Shown piece after piece: positions 35,426-40,170 of a stretch of DNA of 40,170 nucleotides. The notes below the pieces were generated by a model. It searched no databases, was not told the DNA's origin, and worked only from the letters and a program-made list of their open reading frames with translations. A program made the position numbers and the translations under genes. This DNA is from a virus. Location: positions 1 through 40,170 of the IMG/VR virus record IMGVR_UViG_3300045988_166694. The stretch is one strand, 5' to 3'. Each line of letters starts with the position of its first letter. Position 1 is the first letter of the stretch.

Positions 35426-35632
35426 GTGATGAGCAAGACTAAGCGACACTTTGACCTCATGGAGTTCATGGGCAATGCCTGTATGACTGCGCTTGCATTG
35501 GCACTCATTTACGGGTTAGTTGCCTATGCCTTCTTCATAACCGACGATGCGCTAAGAGAGAGGCAAAAGAAGATTGACGGTTGTTGCGCCCAGTGCAAAG
35601 ATTTAAGTAATAAGAAGGGAGAGAAGAAATGA
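35426..35632 (+). CDS. Small membrane protein (68 aa).
   Basis: Transmembrane helix 'ACMTALALALIYGLVAYAFFI'. Ribosome-binding site 'GAGGGGG'. Confidence 0.45.
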   Translation: MMSKTKRHFDLMEFMGNACMTALALALIYGLVAYAFFITDDALRERQKKIDGCCAQCKDLSNKKGEKK

Positions 35633-35886
35633 AAAATAACAGGCGTGTATCTGAGACTTGGATAACTATCGCTTCTGCGATAATCCTAATACCTTTAGCG
35701 GTGGCGATATTTGCCTTCTCGACAATCTTCGTCCGTGACGTCATTCATGGCGCTACCCTGCCCGACGAAGACCAAGCCCAGTGTGAAAGCCTGGGCGGTA
35801 AGTGGTCGGTCAATCACCAGTGCTATAACGCAGGTGAGCCGACGACGATTAAGAAGCTTAAAGAGAGCTTGAAGGAGAGTCGTTAG
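35629..35886 (+). CDS. Small membrane protein (85 aa) with a Cys-containing ectodomain.
   Basis: Transmembrane helix 'ITIASAIILIPLAVAIFAF'. Ribosome-binding site 'AAGGGAGAGAAG'. Confidence 0.45.
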   Translation: MKNNRRVSETWITIASAIILIPLAVAIFAFSTIFVRDVIHGATLPDEDQAQCESLGGKWSVNHQCYNAGEPTTIKKLKESLKESR

Positions 35887-36372
35887 ATGATAATACATTC
35901 AACTGGGGCTAAGCGGTTTTACATAAAGAAAAAAGCACCTTATGGCGACATTCGCAGTGATTACTCGCCTAAATACGAGCTAAACATGTACCACTTTGAC
36001 AATCTGTGCAACGAGTTGTCTGACAGGAAGCGGAGTGGAGAGTGGGTGAGCTTTGAGCCAGGCCAGTATGATGATGAACACGAGTTTAGTATGACACTTG
36101 TTATGGCACTAGTGTCAGCTCTTAAAGAAACGGCAAAGAGGTCTACCGTTCCATTCGACGAAGAAGCCATAAAAAAGGTTCATGCGAACATTATGCGTGC
36201 GATTATCGAGGGTGGCGATGGGCGAATTAACATGGCGAATTGGGCGGGGCATAGAAAGTGTCTCGACGAGGTGCTTGCTAGAGGAGGCGATGTGAGGTGT
36301 AAAATATCGTCGCATCTTAATAAGCATTTTTATATAGCAGAAACTGTTTGGAGTATAAAATATCATGAATGA
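35887..36372 (+). CDS. Hypothetical protein (161 aa) immediately upstream of the RNA ligase.
   Basis: ORF track entry. ATGA coupling to the upstream gene. Confidence 0.45.
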   Translation: MIIHSTGAKRFYIKKKAPYGDIRSDYSPKYELNMYHFDNLCNELSDRKRSGEWVSFEPGQYDDEHEFSMTLVMALVSALKETAKRSTVPFDEEAIKKVHANIMRAIIEGGDGRINMANWAGHRKCLDEVLARGGDVRCKISSHLNKHFYIAETVWSIKYHE

Positions 36373-37390
36373 GATACCGACTAAAGACGTGCTTGACCGC
36401 TATCGGAAGATAGGGCTGGTCGATAAACGTACAGATAAAGAGCGTGGGCTGAATATTTATGTTTATACGATGTTTACTCAGAAAGAGCGATTATGGAACT
36501 ATGTCACCCTGAACGCCAGAGGCATCGTCTATGACGATAAAGGCAGGCTAATCCAACGTTGCTTGCCTAAGTTTTTCAATCACGACGAACCTGACGGTAT
36601 TAGAGTGAGAGAACTATACCGTGTCAGCCCAGGCCGCAACGACGTCACTGAAAAACTGGACGGCTCACTGATTAAAGTGACCAATGACCCTGAGTACGGT
36701 CTGGTAATTACCTCTAAAGGTAGTTTTCAGAGTGACCAAGCCAAGATGGCAAAGCAACTGCTGGACGATAAATACAAGTCGTTCAGTTTTGCGCCAGGAC
36801 TAACATATCACTTTGAGCTAATCTCACCTCAGAATAAGATTGTTATCAATTATGCCGATACCGAATTGGTGTTGTTGTGTCTCATAGATAACGAAACCGG
36901 GCTTGAGATTGAACCTGTAGATAGCCTGTTCAGGCGACCGACTAAATATTCAAGCAGAGTGCTTGATAATATTAACGCCATAAATGGAAACGGCTTACAC
37001 GAGGGCGTGGTGGTCAATTATGGTCTTTATCGGCTGAAGTATAAGACGGACGAATATATCAGGTTGCATCGTGTCGTCACTAATTACACCACTAGACGTG
37101 TTTGGGAAGACTTGTCTAGTGGGCGTAAAACCGACCGTCTCAATATGCCCGAAGAGTTCATCAACTGGCTGAATAGGACGGAAAATAGTCTGAAGAATAA
37201 GTATAACGAACTGTCAGCTGATGTGAGCATGGCTATCCTCTATTGTAGGGATATGACTAATAAGGAGGTGGCTACCTGCCCCCACCCATTTATTAGAAAC
37301 CATAAGAGTTACGTTTTAGCCTATCGTTCAGGCAAAGACGTCTCTCAAATGATGTGGCGGGCGATTAAACCGAAAGGAGGAGTGAAATGA
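36365..37390 (+). CDS. rnlA: ATP-dependent RNA ligase of the T4 Rnl1 family (341 aa).
   Basis: Motif I 'KLDGS' (KxDG). 'TEKLDGSLIKV...ITSKGSFQSDQAKMA' matches T4 Rnl1 'TKEDGSLVSTY...FKSKGSIKSEQALMA'. Motif IV 'EGVVVN'. Motif V 'LKYK'. Confidence 0.85.
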   Translation: MNEIPTKDVLDRYRKIGLVDKRTDKERGLNIYVYTMFTQKERLWNYVTLNARGIVYDDKGRLIQRCLPKFFNHDEPDGIRVRELYRVSPGRNDVTEKLDGSLIKVTNDPEYGLVITSKGSFQSDQAKMAKQLLDDKYKSFSFAPGLTYHFELISPQNKIVINYADTELVLLCLIDNETGLEIEPVDSLFRRPTKYSSRVLDNINAINGNGLHEGVVVNYGLYRLKYKTDEYIRLHRVVTNYTTRRVWEDLSSGRKTDRLNMPEEFINWLNRTENSLKNKYNELSADVSMAILYCRDMTNKEVATCPHPFIRNHKSYVLAYRSGKDVSQMMWRAIKPKGGVK

Positions 37391-38229
37391 AACTCTTACT
37401 ACTGAGGGGGCTTCCCGCCTCAGGTAAAACCACCTTTGCTAAGGAGCTTGTCAGAAAAGACGGTAATTGGGTGCGGGTGAATAAAGACGATTTGCGTAAC
37501 ATGCTACATGGCGGTAAGTGGTCGAGCGGGCGTGAAAAGAAGATAATTGCGTGTGAGCGGTCGCTTGTCGGAACATTGCTAGGAGAGGGAAAGAACGTAG
37601 TGGTGGATGACACTAATCTGAACCCGACTCACGAGAGATACTTTAAGGGGCTAGCTGAAAGCCATAACGCCGACTTTGAGATAAAGGAGTTTGACACGCC
37701 TCTGGAGGAATGCATTAAGCGTGACAATAGCCGCCCTAATGGCGTCGGCGAGACGGTGATACGGAGAATGTACAATCAGTATCTTAAGCCCGCACCTGCT
37801 AAATATACGCCAGACCCGATGCTGCAGCCGGCTATCGTTTGTGATATCGATGGCACACTGGCACACATGCACGACAGGTCGCCGTATGATTGGAGCAAAG
37901 TAGGCAATGATAAGGTAGATATACCCATTGCTTGGCTCACCAGCATCTTGTTTAGAAGCGTCAGCGTCATTTTGGTATCAGGCAGAGATGAGAGCTGTCG
38001 TAAGGAGACCGAGGATTGGTTAGCCAAGAATGGTATCTGTTACACCAAGTTAATTATGCGAAGGGAGGGAGATAATCGACCAGACGAAGTAGTCAAAGAG
38101 AAGATATTTAACGAGCATATCAGAGGAAACTATAACGTCAGATTTGTCCTAGATGACCGCAACAAGGTAGTCGACATGTGGCGTCAATTAGGATTAAAAT
38201 GTTTACAAGTGGCGGAAGGAGATTTTTAG
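37387..38229 (+). CDS. pnk: Polynucleotide 5'-kinase/3'-phosphatase of the T4 Pnkp family (280 aa).
   Basis: Walker A 'GLPASGKTT'. HAD phosphatase motif 'IVCDIDGTLA'. The C-terminus 'DDRNKVVDMWRQLGLKCLQVAEGDF' is nearly identical in pattern to T4 Pnkp '[25 protein letters not shown]'. Confidence 0.9.
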   Translation: MKLLLLRGLPASGKTTFAKELVRKDGNWVRVNKDDLRNMLHGGKWSSGREKKIIACERSLVGTLLGEGKNVVVDDTNLNPTHERYFKGLAESHNADFEIKEFDTPLEECIKRDNSRPNGVGETVIRRMYNQYLKPAPAKYTPDPMLQPAIVCDIDGTLAHMHDRSPYDWSKVGNDKVDIPIAWLTSILFRSVSVILVSGRDESCRKETEDWLAKNGICYTKLIMRREGDNRPDEVVKEKIFNEHIRGNYNVRFVLDDRNKVVDMWRQLGLKCLQVAEGDF

Positions 38230-38230
38230 A

Positions 38231-38599
38231 ATGACCGACAAAGAGTTTAGCGAAATATCCGACAAGAATAAGCAGGTTAGAGGCTTAGCTAGTGAAGTTT
38301 TTTTCTGGCTTGATAGAGCTAGGATACTGAAAATATACGCCAAAATGGCTCACGTCATTATTGACGCCGGGTTAGACCCTAGAGATTTAGACAACGCAAG
38401 CGGAGCATACTTGGACATATCTAGAGAGGTCTATGACGAGTTTGCTATCAAGCACCCAACGATGGTAAATAAGCTGGGCGAAGTACTTGTTGGGATAGTG
38501 TTGAGGGCTACTGTTTACAGCGAGATTATGGACAGGACTAATGAGTATCTTGATGTGATGAGTAAATGTGTCAAAATAAATGAGGAGAGGAAGAAATGA
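38231..38599 (+). CDS. Hypothetical protein (122 aa).
   Basis: ORF track entry. Ribosome-binding site 'GGAAGGAGA'. Confidence 0.45.
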   Translation: MTDKEFSEISDKNKQVRGLASEVFFWLDRARILKIYAKMAHVIIDAGLDPRDLDNASGAYLDISREVYDEFAIKHPTMVNKLGEVLVGIVLRATVYSEIMDRTNEYLDVMSKCVKINEERKK

Positions 38600-38994
38600 C
38601 CAATATCTGTCCAGACATAACACTTAGCAAAGGATGTGTACTGCTAAGCCAGGCCGATAAATTGTTTAGCACCGCAATATCCATACCCGATACGCTTAGT
38701 AGAGGTTATGGTGTCGTTGTCAAGTCAAACAATAGAAAAATAAACAAGCTGTTGCATAAGGCTACACCCCCTAAGAAAGAAGGTAATATCGTAGTTTTCT
38801 TTGCTCGGTACAGCAGTAGTGGCAATATCTGGTATAAAAACAATCCATGCGTCATTGTTCCTAACAATGGGATTTTAGGGGTGATGGAGCTATCCAATAG
38901 CCAGGTAAAAGAATGTGTCGATAACAGAAAACGTGAAGCGCGTGAGCTACTCGACGAGTTGGAGTCGTCGCAGAGAGGGCAAAGGATTTACTGA
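38596..38994 (+). CDS. Hypothetical protein (132 aa).
   Basis: ATGA coupling to the upstream gene. Ribosome-binding site 'GAGGAGAGGAAG'. Confidence 0.45.
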   Translation: MTNICPDITLSKGCVLLSQADKLFSTAISIPDTLSRGYGVVVKSNNRKINKLLHKATPPKKEGNIVVFFARYSSSGNIWYKNNPCVIVPNNGILGVMELSNSQVKECVDNRKREARELLDELESSQRGQRIY

Positions 38995-39212
38995 TGGTAC
39001 AGAGATTATACTGCTTGATATGTGACCACTGTGGCGGTGTGATGAGCTACTGGGGGCGTTCATCGGTAAAAGAGGCACTGGATGCTGAGCGTGAATTCGT
39101 CAGTGGTAGCGTTATATTTGCGAACGGCAAGACGTTTTGTAATAGAGAGTGCTACAAGAACTATCTGGCTAAGCACCGCCGAGCCAAGATGAAACGGATA
39201 AATAACGGATAA
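38994..39212 (+). CDS. Zinc-ribbon protein (72 aa) with a basic C-terminus. Candidate late-gene transcription activator, similar in kind to Ogr/Delta.
   Basis: Cys cluster 'CLICDHCGG' and 'CNRECY'. Basic tail 'KHRRAKMKRINNG'. The functional suggestion is inference. Confidence 0.4.
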   Translation: MVQRLYCLICDHCGGVMSYWGRSSVKEALDAEREFVSGSVIFANGKTFCNRECYKNYLAKHRRAKMKRINNG

Positions 39213-39221
39213 CTTTACGTA

Positions 39222-39638
39222 ATGACCGAGTCTGATTTACAAGTACAGGTAGCTTACTATCTTAGGTTGCAATACCCCGATGTCATTTTTCACTCTGACT
39301 ATGGCTCAGGGGTGAGGCTAACCAGATATCAGGCTAATGTGCAGCGTAAACAGAATGGTGGACGTCGAGCCTACCCCGACATGTTCATCGCTAAGATGAT
39401 GAACGGCAAGGGTGGGCTATTTATTGAATTGAAGAAGGAGGGCACTAAATTAAAGAAGAAGGACGGTACTTGGCTTACCTCTCATCTGGCTGAACAAGCG
39501 GAGATGCTGGAGATGCTTAAAATGGAAGGATACGAGGCTTATTTTGGAGTAGGCTTTGACGAGACTAAAGAGATAATTGATAATTATCTAGGCAAGAGAA
39601 TGACTAACAAAGAGCGGGTAGACAAGGAGGGCTTTTGA
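39222..39638 (+). CDS. VRR-NUC-like PD-(D/E)xK nuclease domain protein (138 aa).
   Basis: 'YPDMFIA...GGLFIELKKEG' fits the VRR-NUC core, which has a D, an ExK and a downstream Q. Confidence 0.45.
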   Translation: MTESDLQVQVAYYLRLQYPDVIFHSDYGSGVRLTRYQANVQRKQNGGRRAYPDMFIAKMMNGKGGLFIELKKEGTKLKKKDGTWLTSHLAEQAEMLEMLKMEGYEAYFGVGFDETKEIIDNYLGKRMTNKERVDKEGF

Positions 39639-39639
39639 T

Positions 39640-39903
39640 GTGAGTAGAAAATACACCACACATAAAAGTAAGTTATCCAAAATTGAAGGAGGGTATAAGA
39701 CTAGAGATAAGAATATAGCCAAGTATGGCGCAGACTACTACAAGCGGATTGGTTCAAAAGGCGGTAAGAATAGTACTATGCGTTGGTTCAGAGATGTGCC
39801 TGGAAGTGCCAGGCGAGCCAGATTAGCCAGACAACGTCGACGGTTAGGGCGTATAAAAGGCTGGAAATATGATTTGGCTGATTTATTGGGGTTAAGGTCA
39901 TGA
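39640..39903 (+). CDS. KGG-repeat domain protein (87 aa) with an Arg-rich C-terminus. Paralogue of the N-terminus of the 32282..32857 product.
   Basis: 'KYGADYYKRIGSKGGKNS' aligns with 'RYGDDYYRRIGKVGGQNG' in the paralogue. Confidence 0.5.
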   Translation: MSRKYTTHKSKLSKIEGGYKTRDKNIAKYGADYYKRIGSKGGKNSTMRWFRDVPGSARRARLARQRRRLGRIKGWKYDLADLLGLRS

Positions 39904-40060
39904 AAAAAGATTGGGATAGCATAGCTAACGTTATATTGGTTGTCGGCTGGGTGATAATAATGATATTGATGATTGTCACCCATTGACATGATATGCAAGT
40001 ATGGTAGACTAGCTACATACAATCGTGAATGCATTAGCTAGCAGTAGTCACGGTTGGGAG

Positions 40061-40108
40061 CCCACATCAAAAGGTCTTGTGCCTGAGGTGTGGGTCTTTT
40101 GTTTTGTC
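40061..40108 (+). terminator. Terminator-like hairpin (CCCACA...TGTGGG) followed by TCTTTTGTTTTG. It lies just upstream of the late-promoter element at the genome junction.
   Basis: Read directly from the sequence. The loop is long at about 22 nt, which lowers confidence. Confidence 0.45.
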
Positions 40109-40170
40109 ATTCATTATTGTAATAACAGCATCAGGTTGACGTCATGAGGTATAATTAGTCTATGAGTAAA

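Noticed and set aside
1-40170. Lysogeny module (integrase, CI/Cro-type switch, attP) and CRISPR arrays.
   Set aside because: No tyrosine or serine recombinase-like protein, no divergent repressor pair and no repeat-spacer array were seen. The two winged-helix proteins sit in a replication context. The phage is provisionally lytic.

Overview
The window is a complete double-stranded DNA phage genome of about 40.1 kb. Bases 1-55 are repeated at 40116-40170, so the unit length is about 40,115 bp with a terminal redundancy or circular wrap-around. The host is probably Gram-positive: genes carry strong AGGAGG ribosome-binding sites and the endolysin is an Amidase_2 domain plus an SH3-like wall-binding domain. 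Coordinates I derived by hand (small ORFs, promoters, repeats) may be off by 1-2 bp; coordinates taken from the ORF track are exact.

The left two-thirds of the genome (1-23.9 kb) is a late/structural region built from two convergent operons. The plus-strand operon runs terS candidate, terL, portal, scaffold-like protein, a lysis cassette (amidase endolysin and holin), small paralogous proteins, and a repeat-rich putative receptor-binding protein. The minus-strand operon runs from 23873 down to 11040 and ends in a putative major capsid protein. It encodes large virion proteins, Gln-rich coiled-coil paralogues and a Gly-rich protein, but no tape-measure-sized protein, so the virion is probably podovirus-like with internal ejection proteins. 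The two operons meet at a bidirectional terminator at about 11.0 kb. Each operon is headed by an identical 31-bp element followed by TATAAT and a leaderless ATG.

The right third (23.9-40.1 kb) is the early region. It is driven by four near-identical promoter-leader cassettes that each end in AAGGAGGACAACATG. It encodes:
- a winged-helix protein and a replication initiator whose coding sequence contains an iteron/AT-rich/GC-palindrome origin;
- a RecT plus YqaJ-like exonuclease recombination pair;
- two KGG-repeat (YciG-like) proteins;
- a T4-like tRNA-repair pair, Rnl1-family RNA ligase and polynucleotide kinase/phosphatase (Pnkp);
- a VRR-NUC nuclease and a zinc-ribbon protein;
- many small proteins of unknown function.

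Between the first and second early cassettes there is a minus-strand island that encodes a GroES/GroEL chaperonin pair and three other proteins. I found no integrase, no recognisable CI-type repressor, no DNA polymerase and no tRNA or CRISPR array, so the phage is probably lytic and depends on host replication enzymes.

The most unusual features are a ParB/Srx-fold domain inside a virion protein, a shared N-terminal 'S(I/V)LSKLF..GDDIA' motif on three proteins, the phage GroES/GroEL island, and the duplicated inverted late-promoter element.
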